Assembly: GCA_964016885.1 (NCBI GenBank)
Contig: OZ024742.1
Span: 301,754,001 to 301,818,000 of the forward strand
Origin: Eledone cirrhosa
Taxonomy: Eukaryota
Direction of reading: 5' to 3'
DNA length: 64,000 nucleotides
In this document: positions 1 to 12,565 of the stretch, piece after piece
Layout of the letters: each line of letters begins with the position of its first letter
How positions within the stretch are numbered: position 1 is the first letter of the stretch
Notes under the pieces: generated by a model
Seen by the model: only the letters and a program-made list of their open reading frames with translations
Told to the model about the DNA's origin: nothing
Databases searched by the model: none
Made by a program: the position numbers and the translations under genes

Positions 1-27
1 TGATGAGTTGTAGTGCACCTGAGCACT

Positions 28-910
28 AGGGTCGGACATGCTTTCCAGCATAGTTACGTCCCTTTACGATCTGAGTTCAAATCCCGCCGAGGTTAACTTT
101 GCCTTTCATCCTCACGGGGTCGATAAAATAAAGTACCAGTAATGTACTAGGATAATTGCAGGCCTTGTGCCAAAGGTAGTAACAATTATCTTTATTACAG
201 GTGTAAGGGTGGTGGATTGGCAGTATCGGTAGAGGGTCGGACGCCATGCTTTGACGCATAGAGTTACTGCCCTTGCCATTCTGAGTTCAAATCCCACCGA
301 GATTAACTTTGCCTTTCATCCTTACGGGGGTTGATAAAATAAAGTACCAGTAATACACTGGGATAATTGCTGGCCTTGTGCCTAAAGTAGAAACAATTAT
401 CTTTATTACAGGGGGATTGGCAGTATCGGTAGAGCGTCGGATGCCATGCTTTGCAAAATAAGAGTTAAGACCCTTTACGGTCTGAATTCAAATCCCACTG
501 AGGTTAACTTTGCCTTTCATCCTTACGGGGTGGATAAAATAAAGTACCAGTAATGTACTGGGTAATTGCTGGCCTTGTGCTAACAGTAGAAACAATTATT
601 ACAGGTACAATCCATCTAACAGACTTCTATGCAGTTTCTATCAAATTTCCCTCAAAGGCGGTTTCACCAAATCATCATCATTATTATCACGTGAGCAGTG
701 GATCAGCAGTATCAACACAGCATCAGACACCATACTTTGCAGCATAGTTATGGCCCTTTATGATCTGAGTTCAAATTTTGCCGAGGTTAACTTTACCGTT
801 CATCCTTACGCGGTCAATAAAATAAAGTACTAGTCAGGCACTGGGGTTGATTTAATCAACTTTCCCCCTCTCCCAAAATTGCTGGCTTTGCGCCTATATA
901 AGAAACCATT
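28..910 (+). mobile_element. Cluster of four tRNA-derived SINE family A copies (three head-to-tail at 28-606, one at about 696-910)
   Basis: A/B-box-like head (TGGCAGTATCGG...GAGTTCAAATCCC) plus conserved GCCTTTCATCCTTACGGGGTCGATAAAATAAAGTACCAG body. The same sequence recurs at many loci in the window. Confidence 0.85.
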
Positions 911-1401
911 ATCACAATTTAACGTCTATTTTCCATGCTTGAAGGGTTAGATGGGTTGTCACCCTTTGAGGCTGGATAAGTCAGGTTACCATGTCTTGCT
1001 CATGTTCCATTTTGGGCTTGGTTTGTATAGCTAAATGCCCTTCCTAACACCAACCATTTTGCAGAATATATTGGGAACATTTTATTTTAACTCCACCACT
1101 ACCAGCCATAGAAAACTTACTAAACAAAGAGTAAAAAGATTTCTTCTGTCAAATACAAGACAACCTTTTTAGTAGTGGTGTTATGATAAAAATGCACTTG
1201 GTGCACTCGGCAGAGTGCATAAGCGTATGTGAGAAGTGAGTCTTCAGCTTGTCTGAAAAGTCAGTAGCTCTGATTAAGTAATGACTCGGTGTGACAACTT
1301 GTCCAAAACATGCTAGCAGTGAAAACAGACGATGATGATATCAACTTGGCTATAAAACAATTCAGGTGAATTAAAATAAATTTAAGCAAAGTGTTACTTA
1401 C

Positions 1402-1537
1402 CTCGTAAAGACCTCTTTCAAATGGAAACAGTCTGTGCAAGACTTGAAAGACGCTACCTTTCTGTTTGAAAAATGGTAAAAAGCAGAGAATAAAAGTTCC
1501 AAGTACTGCTAACGATAACCGGACCAGCTTTAGAAAC
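1402..1537 (-). CDS. ALG6: ALG6 coding exon 8 (FLKLVRLSLAVLGTFILCFLPFF...QVLHRLFPFERGLYE); gene continues past window start
   Basis: QVLxRLFPxxRGLxE motif. CAG/GTAAGT flanks, 136 nt. Confidence 0.96.
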
Positions 1538-1786
1538 CTGAGAGTAGAATTGATCAAGATCAGATATGTTTGGAAGTTTATTTGGTGCAATACAAACATA
1601 AAAAAAAAACATCAACATTATTTTGGTATTATATAAAAGGAGAGAAGATATTTTTGAGAGAACTGTTCCCAGTGCATCACTGGTACTTAGAAAATCTCAA
1701 GAGATGAAAGGTAAAGTAGATCTAGGTTGAATTTAAACATAGAACAAGTGTTTCATGCTACCAAATTTGGAAGTCCACCACCATAA

Positions 1787-1982
1787 CCTTTTAGCATTTA
1801 AACCAGTCATATCCAGCCAGAATTCTTTCACCTCTTTCTGTTCAAACTGACCTCTCATACTGATGTTAAGGTATTGTTCTCAAAATAAATAATATCAAAA
1901 TCTCAGATTCGATATTATGTGAGATAAAGCCTTTACCATGAACATATAATAGTATATATAGAGTAATGTAAATGCTAAAGGG
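1787..1982 (+). mobile_element. piggyBac-like MITE
   Basis: TIR CC(C/T)TTTAGCATTTA / TAAATGCTAAAGGG followed by TTAA. Same family at 5306, 16197 and 63180. Confidence 0.75.
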
Positions 1983-2360
1983 TTAATAATGATTTCTACT
2001 ATAAGGTTTGAAAGGACCCTTCAGTCTAACCTAGTATGTGACAACCTCTCTAGTGCTGGTGCAACCCTAAAACACATGCAATACACCCTGTAAAGTGTTA
2101 GTGTCAGTGCTACGAGAGAATGCACCCAGTCTCCTCTGTAAAGTGGTAGTGGCAGTGCCATGAAAAAACACACCCAATAAGCTCTGTAACATTGTTAGTA
2201 TTATCCATCAACCGAAACCCTGGTAAATGTACGAGCCAAGACATGTCACACCAACACATCTGGTCTCAGACACTGACAAACCATGCCAGTGTGGATAACC
2301 AACATAAATAATGATGATGATGAATATAGGTAGAAGGCCACAAATTTTGGGACAGGTATA

Positions 2361-2850
2361 TAATAATTGTTTCTACTTTAGGCACAAGGCCAGCAATTAC
2401 CCAGTGCATTACTGGTACTTTATTTTATCGACCCCGTAAGGATGAAAAGCAAAGTCAACTTCGGCGGGATTTGAACTCAGATCGTAAAGGGACGTAACTA
2501 TGCTGGAAAGCATGGCATCCGACCCTCTACCGATACTGCCAATCCACCGCAGGTATATAATAATGGTGGAGGCGCATGGCCTATTGGTAAGGGTGATGGA
2601 CTTAGGACCATAATGTAGTGGGTTTGATTCCTGGGCTGGGCTGAGTGTTGTGTTCTTGAGCAAAACACTTCATTTCACATTGCTCCAGTATACTCAGCTG
2701 AAAATGAGTACTAGCAATAGCTGGGGGTTTAACCTTGTGATGGAGTGGCATCCTGTTCAAGGGGAAGTCATGTACTTTCAGTTGCTTCACACTACAAAAC
2801 CAGGATAAACACCAGCCTAACAAGCCTACTGACTTAAGACAGACTTTAAA
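2361..2850. mobile_element. SINE family A (minus, about 2361-2548) back to back with CORE-like SINE family B (plus, about 2565-2850)
   Basis: Reverse complement of the family A body. Family B has a tRNA head plus CTTGAGCAA(G/A)ACACTT...CTCAGCTG..AAATGAG CORE-like segment. Confidence 0.75.
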
Positions 2851-2952
2851 CTTTTTTTTATATAAGGGGCAACATTTTAGTTCAGTTCTATGACACAGAA
2901 GTTTCTTCCGTACTAAATAATATATATAAAATATGATGAAATAGAGTTTTAC

Positions 2953-3135
2953 CTGTTTTCTTTCTTGTTGAATATACATTTGCCGAATAAATAGCAAAAG
3001 AATGGCCAGGAATGGTAAAGTTCCATTTGTTTATAACAAAGAGCCAATATAAACAGAACAGCACCACGGACATCTTTATCCTGTGACAATGCCAAAATAC
3101 CCCAGAGGGCCAGTCCAAGACTGACACAGTTGTAC
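2953..3135 (-). CDS. ALG6: ALG6 coding exon 7 ([12 protein letters not shown]...[20 protein letters not shown]...)
   Basis: YNxVSLG and YKQMELYH motifs (ORF 2949..3137). GT donor at 2952. The 5' boundary is inferred from frame (CA|G TAC = Gln-Tyr). Confidence 0.93.
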
Positions 3136-3539
3136 ATGGATTAAGGTAAAGGAAATATATATACATATGTGTATGGACCCATAACTCCTGTTGAAGTTGT
3201 TGGGGCGTTGTATTGGCATACAGCATTTCTTGGGCACTTTAAAGCCTGGCAGAGCCCATATCCTCTCCAGGTCTGAATACAACAATTTCTTCAATTGAAG
3301 GATAGAGAGAGTGAAAGAATAGAAGTGAGAAAAAGATATAGAAGAAAAATTTACCTCAGTACTAGACTGGTACTTTTTTTTTTTTTTTTCCACTCTTGAA
3401 TGGAAAGGCAAAGTTAACCTCGGCAGGATTTGAACTCAGAGAGAAGAGAGCCAGATCAAATACCTCAAAACATTCTATTCTAATTTCTAATGATTTTGCC
3501 AATTTGTTGCTTTATATATATATATACAAATAAATTATT

Positions 3540-4862
3540 ACAAAGGAGAATACATACTGTTAGAACATGTTTATACAAAAGCACTTATGTACGTTTCGCC
3601 TGAACAGGGCTTCTCAAGGGTATACAAGTCTAGAGAGTGTTCAGTACAGGACCCAGAAGGGGTTTTTTAGCGATAGTCACATCAAAGTTCATTCTTGGTT
3701 CAAACAGACATGTTGTTATTGTCACAGAGCAAGGGGAGTAACTCTGGCCAGTGTTTGAATAAATGTCCCCATATGGCTTATTATCTGCTCGCATGATGGT
3801 TGTTTTCCATTACTATTTTATGGGTGCTACTTTACTGTTGCCCAGTCAGGCTGGATCTGAGAAGCATAATTGGTGTACAGATGTTTAGTTAAGCAGCTTA
3901 CCCACCAGCGCGTTATGGTTTGGTGCAGGGGACCCAGTTTATGGTCGTCAGGTCTCAACCGGGGTCCAACCATAGAACGACTGCTTTATTCTGTCTGCAG
4001 TTTATCACAGATTCTGCTCTGCTGTTGATGAGCTCTAGGGGTGCTCTTATGATATGGTAAAGTTCCATGAGGCAGAGCTCGCACTTCCTCTTGAAGTTGT
4101 ACGGTATGGCCCTGCTGACAATTTCCCAGTATGGGGAGAAGCTAATGTTGGAGTCTTTTAATGCTGTGATGTAGTTGGCGAGTGAGGTGGAGTATCTTAG
4201 CTTCTTGTTTCTAAAAGAGTGGAGATGTGTTCGAAATCTAGTTTTGAACGAGCCAGAGGTGGCCCCTATATACTGCTTGACACTATTATGGCTAGTTATG
4301 GAGCACCTATAAATAACATTATCTGTCAGGCAACTTCCCTTGAGTGGACAGCTTCCCTGATCTCGACAGTTGCATTGTCGGTCACGGTCTGTGCCGCTAC
4401 GATGGCTCCCTAGTGCACGAAGTAAGGCCATTACTATCGCTACCTATGTTATTATCCACGCCACCGCCACTATCTCTGTAGTTAATACTATTATATCCTA
4501 TGGCGTGCGGGGTAGTATCATTATCACTCCGTACGCCACACCGCCTTCTGCTGCCGCCTCGTGACCCATTCAGGTCACCAGCATGCTCCCCAGTCTCGCC
4601 ACGGTTATGTCGGTTGCGTCTGTTGGAGCTGCCGCCAAAAGTCAGGTGGTGCTAGGGAAACGTTAAGGCTATTAGGGTTGCTGTCAAGTCTAGACTTATC
4701 GCTGCTATGGTGCCATGCTTTGGTAAGCTTACTGTAATGAGTTATCCCTATGATGTCTGCTAGATTAGGAGTAGTGGAGAAGGATATTTTAATATTGTTC
4801 TTATTTAGGATTTTCCTGTACTTGTGGTTGGGTGGGAAGTACTTCTCTAAGTCAGAGGCCAC
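3540..4862 (-). mobile_element. Penelope-like element 3' fragment (Naiad-like) with GIY-YIG endonuclease, inside the ALG6 U12 intron
   Basis: ORFs give KYFPPNHKYRKILNKNNIKISFSTTPNL and CNCR...CPLKGSCLTDNVIY...YIG...FKTRF..H...KCELCLME. Confidence 0.85.
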
Positions 4863-5305
4863 TATATATATATATATATATATAAAATAGCACAAATGAA
4901 TATTATAGTGATAATGTCGATGAAGGTGATGGTGGTGATAATGATTATGGTAATATGCAGACGTAGAAATCATACCAAATGAAAATGATACGGTGGATGA
5001 GTAGAGTATTGTTGAGAGAAGGACAAACAATGAATTGCAGAGAATGAGAATAGAACCAGTCATGAATGTTGTGAAGCAAAATGTATTGAGAAGGTTTGGT
5101 CATGTGTTAAGGAAGGATGATAGTGGCTGGGTGAGAAGAGTGAGGGAAATAATGGAAGGAGGGACACAGTTGAAAATTAATGTACAGGAAATGAAAGCCA
5201 GGAGATTTAGTGATGTAGCATGCAAACAATGGGGAGAAATGGAGAAGCTTGTCATGAGGCCCACAAGGCCATCTTGAGGCTTAAAATGCTTATTGTCTGT
5301 CACTA

Positions 5306-5526
5306 CCCTTTAGCATTTAAACTGGTTGTATCCAGTCAAAATTATCTCACCTCTTTCTGTTCAAACTGGCTGTAACTAGCCACTCATACTCATGTTAAGG
5401 TATTGTTCTCAAAATAAATAATATCAAAATCTCATACATTCGATATTATGTCAGATAATTATGTGAGATAAAGCCTTTACCGTGAAAATACAATAGTATA
5501 TATAGAGTAATGTAAATGTTAAACAG
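5306..5526 (+). mobile_element. piggyBac-like MITE copy
   Basis: CCCTTTAGCATTTAAAC start, internal identity to 1787-1982, ends before TTAA. Confidence 0.7.
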
Positions 5527-5620
5527 TTAAGTAAGTTACACAACACTTCCCTCTATATGCTTCAAGCAGAAGAATGATTATTTATAAAATGTTGTTATGT
5601 AGTGAACATAAAAAGGATAC

Positions 5621-5685
5621 TGGAAGTGACCATGGTCAATAAGAATGAGGCCAGGATATATCAGGATACAAGCAGTAGACAGCAA
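5621..5685 (-). CDS. ALG6: ALG6 coding exon 6 (LLSTACILIYPGLILIDHGHF-Q)
   Basis: YPGLILIDHGHFQ motif. CAG acceptor, followed by the donor GTATCCTTT, 65 nt. Confidence 0.96.
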
Positions 5686-6170
5686 CTGGTGTAAATTAAA
5701 ATATAACAAAGAAAAATATATTTAAAAGGAAAAGGGTTAAAAAAATGTCAAAAATATTAACTCTTAGCATCATGCAATGATTTAGCAGAAAATATCTAAA
5801 AATGGGTTTAATTCAATTATTTATTGTATAATTATTAATCAATAGATTATTGTGAAAATTTGTAATACTTGAGTAAAGACTTTAATTTTTAAAGTGATGC
5901 AGCCATAGTGTTGTTTTGTACTTTTCAAGAATGTCTTGCTAATGAGGTTTCATGTTAAGAGTTATTATATAAATTATCTTAACTGAAAATTTTAATTCAA
6001 ATATTTCCCCCCTACTATTTGTGTTTTATTTTAAATTCTACATTGATAAAACCGATGTTTCCATTAATCAAAATCAGTCAGGAAGTTACAAGTAGATCAA
6101 CTTTCTAAAATGTACTCCCCCAAATAGCTGATCTCACAGATTTTAAAGAAGCGCTGAGGGGATAAAGTTA

Positions 6171-6329
6171 ATATAAAGAATGGTGTGCTCATCTGTGGAG
6201 CTGCTATAAGATAAGGTGAAGACCCTTAAAGACGAAAATAAAATTCCCATCGGCTGCTGGCAATTTCTTTTCAAGGGTCTTTACTCTATTTTATAGCATT
6301 CCCACAAATGAGCACACCATTCTTTATAT
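6171..6329. mobile_element. Hairpin MITE-like element
   Basis: TIR ATATAAAGAATGGTGTGCTCAT / ATGAGCACACCATTCTTTATAT with further imperfect internal pairing. Confidence 0.6.
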
Positions 6330-6815
6330 GACAATATCTCTTTCAATACACAATCTCATATCAAGAAATCTTGTAAAAGAAATACAAAAATATTTTTAAA
6401 ACGTTTTCTAAAATTGAATTTAACTTTACAATTCCTTTTCCACTTTCTCTTACATGGATTCTGGTTTTATACTGTCTATATTTGATAATGGAAAATTATT
6501 GTGTACAGTGCTCAGGTGCACTACAATATTGTTGAAACTAATCAGCATTATCATCAGATCATTGTAGTATTGATAACATCTCTCTGTAGAGTTTCGACCT
6601 CACAAAATAAACTATTTCATAAACAATCTTCATTTTACAGACTGGTATCTATCTACTAGTAAAGGTACTATAAACATTTCCGTTTTTAGATATTTTATAC
6701 TAAATCCTTACAGGATGTTAAGAGTTAAACTGAATTCAAGTTTATTTTGTGGTTGTATTTACAAGGGACGAAAAAGATAAAAGGCAACATCTTATAAACT
6801 TAGACAAGTACTTAC

Positions 6816-6898
6816 ACATTTTTTGCTATCCTTTTTATAAGTGTGATACATAAGCAGGCACACAGCTGGGATGTAGAGCAGTAGATCCGAGATGATAA
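6816..6898 (-). CDS. ALG6: ALG6 coding exon 5 (VIISDLLLYIPAVCLLMYHTYKKDSKKC)
   Basis: DLLxYIPAV motif. TAG/GTAAG flanks, 83 nt, frame consistent with neighbours. Confidence 0.93.
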
Positions 6899-7280
6899 CT
6901 ATCAGGGAAGAAAATAACAACAACAATAATTTCTAATGTTGACACAAGGCCAGCAATTTGGTTATATTAATCCCAGTACTAACCGATACTTCATTTTATC
7001 AACCTTGGATGGCTAAAAGGTAAAAGATTTACCTTGGTGGGATTTGAATTCAAAAGGTAAAGTGCCAGAACAAATATTAGAAAGCATTTTGTCTGGTGCT
7101 CTAATGATTCAACAATCCACTACCTTAACAACACAATAATAGCAATGGATTTGTAAGAGTCACAAAGCCAAACATTTTGGGAAGGAGTAGAGTCAATTAT
7201 ATCAACAACCCTAAACCAATAATTATCTTTGGACAAATGAAAAATAAAGTCAACTTCAATGAGATTAGAAACTCAGGATA

Positions 7281-7342
<62 letters not shown>

Positions 7343-7954
7343 TATTATAAAGAGCCGGCTAGTTCCAGTCTGGAGCTAACACATACATATATATACATGG
7401 TGGCTGCAAACTTTGTTAAGAGTATTGCAATCGCTTGTCAGATTACAGAAAATGGTGCACCTTTAGGCTCTGGCTAGCCACACGAACCTGTAACATATCC
7501 TGAATAAACAATGCCTGTGCTTTGAAGGGTTTTTTTTAAGTGAGGAAAGGCCTTGCACTCGACCAATCCCACACTCTGAGCATCAAAAACACTACCAAAG
7601 AGGAGAATTGCTCAACATTATCGGATGCTTCTGAAACCGTTTTTTTTTCAGAGTTTCCCTTTCTTAGAAAGGTGTTGTGAGAAAAAAAAAAAAGTACTAT
7701 TTAGATGGCCATTGACTCTGCCAAGTTCCTCCGCCCTTTGCCAGGTCTTGTATTCATCCCGCAGGGTGTCCAAATATCACCCTCCTCACCAAGCAAGCTT
7801 GGTGGGGTTGCCGGTTTAGTCGCTAGCGACCCCACCATGAGACAGGTTGTACTGGGTTACATGTTACCAGGAGCACTTGAGAGCGACCTGACACATACAT
7901 ACGCACACATATACATACAGGTGGCAAATTTAGAAAATAACAAGTTGAAACTAC

Positions 7955-8043
7955 CTGAATATCTCATAAATAACTTATGAAGTGGATTTTCAAGACCTCG
8001 AGATGAATGGAGAGCCACCCACTCAGGGTTAATGTAATGTGAA
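7955..8043 (-). CDS. ALG6: ALG6 coding exon 4 (SHYINPEWVALHSSRGLENPLHKLFMRYS)
   Basis: INPxWxALHxSRGxE...HKLFMR motif within ORF 7857..8099. CAG/GT flanks, 89 nt. Confidence 0.96.
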
Positions 8044-8477
8044 CTGCAAAAATGATAGAAAAATAGACACAGAATTGTAGTTAGTTGTACAAATAACATC
8101 TCTCAATTAACCCTTTCATAACCGTACACACTGTTTCAATTAATAGACAATTTTGAGGAATTTACTTCTTCTTCGCCCATCCATTTTACAGAGTATACTT
8201 GAGAAATTGTCATGTTCATGATACAACTGAAGAGTTCTTTCAACCCTTTTTGGCAAGATTTCTACAGCTGGATGCCCTTCTTATCACCAACCACCTTACA
8301 AAGTGTACTGGGTGCATTTTTTCATGCCACTGTCTCAACTAAAGAGCTCTCTCTACACAATGGGTGTAGATAGGACAAGGAGGGTGGAAAGGACTCAAAC
8401 ATTAATAGTTGAAATTTATGACATATATGTATGTAATAGTTAAAAGAGATTTGTCTTTATACGAATGATATATGCTA

Positions 8478-8748
8478 TCATCATCATCATCATCATCATT
8501 TTACGTCCGCTTTTCCCTGCTTGCAAGGGTGGGACAGAAACTGATTCTGGCTTGATTTCTACAGCTGGATGCCCTTCCTAACACCAACCTCATTTACAGT
8601 GAGTGCTGGGTGCTTTTTTGCCATGGTACCTCCACGACCACTTTGCAATGGAATGATAGGGACCCCAGTCCCTATCATCTCATTTCTACAGCTGAGTAAA
8701 CTGGAGCAATGTGAAATAAAGTGTCTTGCTCAAGGAAACAACACATCA
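8478..8748 (-). mobile_element. SINE family B, 5'-truncated, with RTE-type (TGA)n tail
   Basis: Near identical to the reverse complement of 41903-42240. Confidence 0.8.
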
Positions 8749-8888
8749 TGAAAATAAAAATTAATTTGTTAAAAACTAAAATAGTGTGGCTCTTACGAAT
8801 GACATTAAACATCTTTACACATAACTGACAAAAATTCCAAAGGATGCAACATAAAAAGAAAAAAAAAAAGAAATGAAAACCAACTTAC

Positions 8889-8978
8889 ATTGCGCCCATA
8901 ATCCAGCTGTGGTAAGCTGTCAAGGGGGGATAATCAAGGCCCCAATACATGAGATCATTATCAGTGGAGTTATGGTAC
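8889..8978 (-). CDS. ALG6: ALG6 coding exon 3 ([29 protein letters not shown])
   Basis: [14 protein letters not shown] signature. AG/GTAAG flanks, 90 nt. Confidence 0.97.
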
Positions 8979-9132
8979 CTACAAAGAAATAACAGGAATG
9001 AGAATTAAAAGATTTTATTCAGAATTTAATGAATTATAAGGAATTTTATTAATGATTTTTTTTGAAGCAGTGGTTATTCAGATATACAGATAAATATAAC
9101 GTTTTGAAATTCCTTTTTTAGTGAAACAATTT

Positions 9133-10180
9133 AATAATAATAATAATGAAAATATTGTGTACAGTGCTCAGTTGCACTACAACTCATCAAAAGTGTATGT
9201 ATAGTACACTGGGTAATGTACAAACGTCAGGAAAATGAACAGTGCATGAGTCATGATATACACATGTGTGCATGTGTATGGAAGGGGTACATCAGGTGTA
9301 GTTTTGGCGACATTTCGGGAAGCATGAGGGTTTTAAAGGATGCAGTGTGACGCAGGCAGTTTGTTCCATGCTTCAGCAACTCTAAGCGTGAAAAAATGTT
9401 TCCGAAAGTCATGGGAGCTGTGCTGTTTTCTGACTTTGTAGGCATGTCCATGTGTGTTAGACACATGGAAATCAAAAAGGTGCTCAGGGTTGTTGTAGGC
9501 GAGATGGTTAATAACTTTGTGGGTGTTTACCAAGTCCATTGCCAGACGTCGGAGCTTCAATGAATCCATGCCCAGGGAAGCAAGGCGTTCAGAGTATGGT
9601 AGGTGTCTGATGGAGGGTATGCGCTTGGTTGCACGTCTCTGAACAGTTTCCAGGAGGTCAATGTTCTGAGCAAGATGGGGGTTCCAGACTGATGATGCGA
9701 ATTCCAAGTGTGGTCGTACCATAGCTGTATACAGTTTTAAATAGATGGCTGGAGAGTGACTAACAAAGGTCTTTCTGAGTGATGCCAAGACACCCTCAGC
9801 CTTCTTGACAATCTTAGAGACATGCTTTGTCCAACGCAAATCGCTGCTGACAGTAATGTCTAGGTCACGTTCACAAGAGGACTTCTTGATATCAGTGTTG
9901 TGGAGGGAGTATGTGGACGCTGGATTTTTCCTCCCAAAATGCATGGTGGTACACTTGTCCACAGCCAGCTTCAGTTGCCAGTCTGTGATCCATTGCTGCA
10001 TTGTGTCCAGGTCTGATTGTAAGAAAGAGTTATAGATTTCAGGATCTGTCCTTTTGATTTCAAGGTACAGCTTGATGTCATCTGTATATTTCAGTACTGT
10101 GGCATTCTTTAAGTTGGCATCTATGTCATTAATGTATGCAACAAACAAAAGGGGACCAAGAACAGATCCCTGTGGTACAC
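9133..10180 (-). mobile_element. CR1/L2-group LINE 3' fragment (RT C-terminus + 3'UTR + (ATT)n tail)
   Basis: ORF 9333..10148: YINDI..KYTDD, LYTAMVRPHLEFASSVWNP, VQRRATK, FFTLRVAEAWNKLP. Confidence 0.92.
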
Positions 10181-10619
10181 ATTTTTTTATATTTCAACAT
10201 AAAATAATTTTTTTTTTAGATCATCAGGGAATTATAAAGTTACTTCTCCATTATTTCTTCTTTCCTTCCCTTGGCAAGCCATGGAATGACGTCACAGTTT
10301 TTGGCGAACACGTGGTGGTGTTAGCTACGGTTTTGGAACATTTTAATTAATCCTATGTGTGTTGTTATGGGAAGTCATGATGGAGATTTCTAGGCAATTT
10401 TTTCAATATAATATTAATTATCATCACCATTTTACTTCCATTTATCCATGCTAGCAATGCCAGGTCAAGTGACCATATCTTGCTCATACAGAACTGACTT
10501 TGGCTTGATTTCTACAGCTGGTTGCCCTTTCTAACACCAACCTCATTTACAGTGTGACTGGGTGCTTTTTTTGTCAATCATTTTACAGCATGGGGTGGGG
10601 GGCATACTGTCAATATGCT

Positions 10620-11510
10620 TCAGCTTGTATCTGTGGGAAGTTGGGTCTTCTGTATTACTGTGTGATGCCAGAGGTTTTGGTCCTGTGTCATCGCATTTGA
10701 GAGGTGAAACTGGGCAAGATCAGCTTCTATCACCTCATCCCAGGTCTTCTTGGGTCTCCCCACTCCAAGGCTTCCATCGACTTTTTATGCATTTGCCATC
10801 CTTCATACGCATCACATGTCCATGCCAACGTAATCTCCGCTCCTGCACACAGCATTTGATTCCTCTTATACTTAGTCTCTCTCTCAATTCATTAATGCTT
10901 TGCTGTTCACATATATTACTATTATACATCCATCAGAGCATGCAAGTTTCATTTCTTTCCAATCTACACAAGTCTTCTGCAGACAACGCACAGGTCTCAC
11001 TTCCAAGCAACATTGCTGTTCGTATGCATAAATCATAGTCTGCCTTTCATTTTGAGGAAAAGCCTTTTGCCGCTTACAGTGGTAGTAGCTCCCTGAACTT
11101 CTTCCAGAACACTCACCTCCATTGCTAATTCAGTCACCTAGTTAGCAGAAGCTGTCTACTGTTTCTACAGAGCCCTCCCAGAATTTGGTAGTGCTTGTTT
11201 CCTGTGGTCGTTTGCTGCTTACTGTACCAGTGCAACTGTTACATGTAAAACCTACATTCTTAGCTAAACTTCCCGAGATCCTACTACATCTCTTGTGTAC
11301 CCATAGTTTGTATTTGGGGCCCGAAGATGGAGTTTCTACCTACACCTTTCCTACATACTGAGCAAGGCCATTTCCCTGAGGATCTGGGTTCAGTCTTCTC
11401 TTCTACTTAAGAGGACCTTAGTCTTTGTCAGGTGACTTTGAGACCCCTTCTTTCTAGACCCTGCTTCCATGTTTGGAATTTCTTCTCTAGTTCCACCATA
11501 GATTCAGCTA
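10620..11510 (-). mobile_element. Decayed RTE LINE 3' fragment
   Basis: ERRLRWHGHVMRM motif. Reverse complement is closely similar to 39980-40910. Confidence 0.85.
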
Positions 11511-12480
11511 TAATATATGTATATAATCCTTTTATGCCTATTTTCCATGCTGAAATGAGTTGAATGAATCCTGACACTCCAAGTTAGTTCTGATTTGAAG
11601 TTACTGCCCTCCTAAACAGGTCAGGGATTACATTACGCTCAATAATTCCAAATTTAGGCATGGTTTCTATGGCTGAATGCCCTTCCTAACAATAACCACT
11701 TTACAGAGTGTACTAGGTGCCCTTTATCGAGGCACCAGCACTAGAGACACTGTCATGTCCTTAATCAGACTAAAATGTCCCCTCTACTCTATGCTGTTTC
11801 AGTTTGATCAGCCACTTTACAGAGTGTACTGGATGGATTTTATCATGGCACCAACTCCAAGGTAGCTGCTTTGATCACTGCATGAGAGTAATTTGAAGGG
11901 GAATGACAGTCAAGATATGAAAGAGGAGAGCGAAGGATTTGAGTGTGAAAATGAGAGACAGTGATGGGTTAGTAGGAGGGAGATATAGTAGAATGGTTGA
12001 ATATAGAAGCAGTATGAGCAATGTGACTGGATAGCAATAGGAATGTATCATTGTAAAGAGAGTGAATGATGGTGACAATAGAGAAGAAAGAGTGGTAGAC
12101 GTAATCTTAGTCAGTATAGTGGAGGGGTATCATAGCATGGTTCAAATAAATTCCAACTGCCATCAATTTATAACTTGAACAACCATATTACTGTGCTTGT
12201 ACTAGTGTGTAGGTCTCTGTGCTGGAGCACAGTGAATTTCCAGTCTTTAGTCTTGGGGTCATCTCCATGAGGTTCTGTTTCTTGAAGTCAGTTTTCACTA
12301 CTTCATCTTGTCTTCCTTGGTCTCCTAGGTAAATAGACTTGCTCCATCAAATTCCAATACTATGAGCTCATGGTGACAAATTCAGCTAAATAGATCTATC
12401 AACCCATGTCAGTAAGAAAATAACAATGTGAATAGTAATAACAATTAGAATAAAAGAAAATATTTCCTCCATTTATTTAC

Positions 12481-12565
12481 CATTCTTTAACTGGAAGATT
12501 ATAAGTGATTTCCATCCAATGCCTCTGAGCTTCATAATCACCAAACATCGGTGGTTTGCCAGCAC
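12481..12565 (-). CDS. ALG6: ALG6 coding exon 2 ([29 protein letters not shown])
   Basis: Manual translation gives the ALG6/ALG8 signature [17 protein letters not shown] flanks, 85 nt, frame joins exon 1. Confidence 0.97.

Larger units (their letters stand above)
3136..5620 (-). other. U12-type (minor spliceosome) intron of ALG6, probable GT-AT termini
   Basis: 5' splice site GTATCCTTT (5620-5612). U12-like branch TTCCTTTAC (3154-3146) with the A 12 nt from the exon. Intron ends ...CCAT. Confidence 0.8.

Noticed and set aside
3955-4431. Selenocysteine-coding Naiad element
   Set aside because: Cys positions in the visible GIY-YIG ORF are ordinary Cys codons with no in-frame TGA, and no SECIS was recognised.
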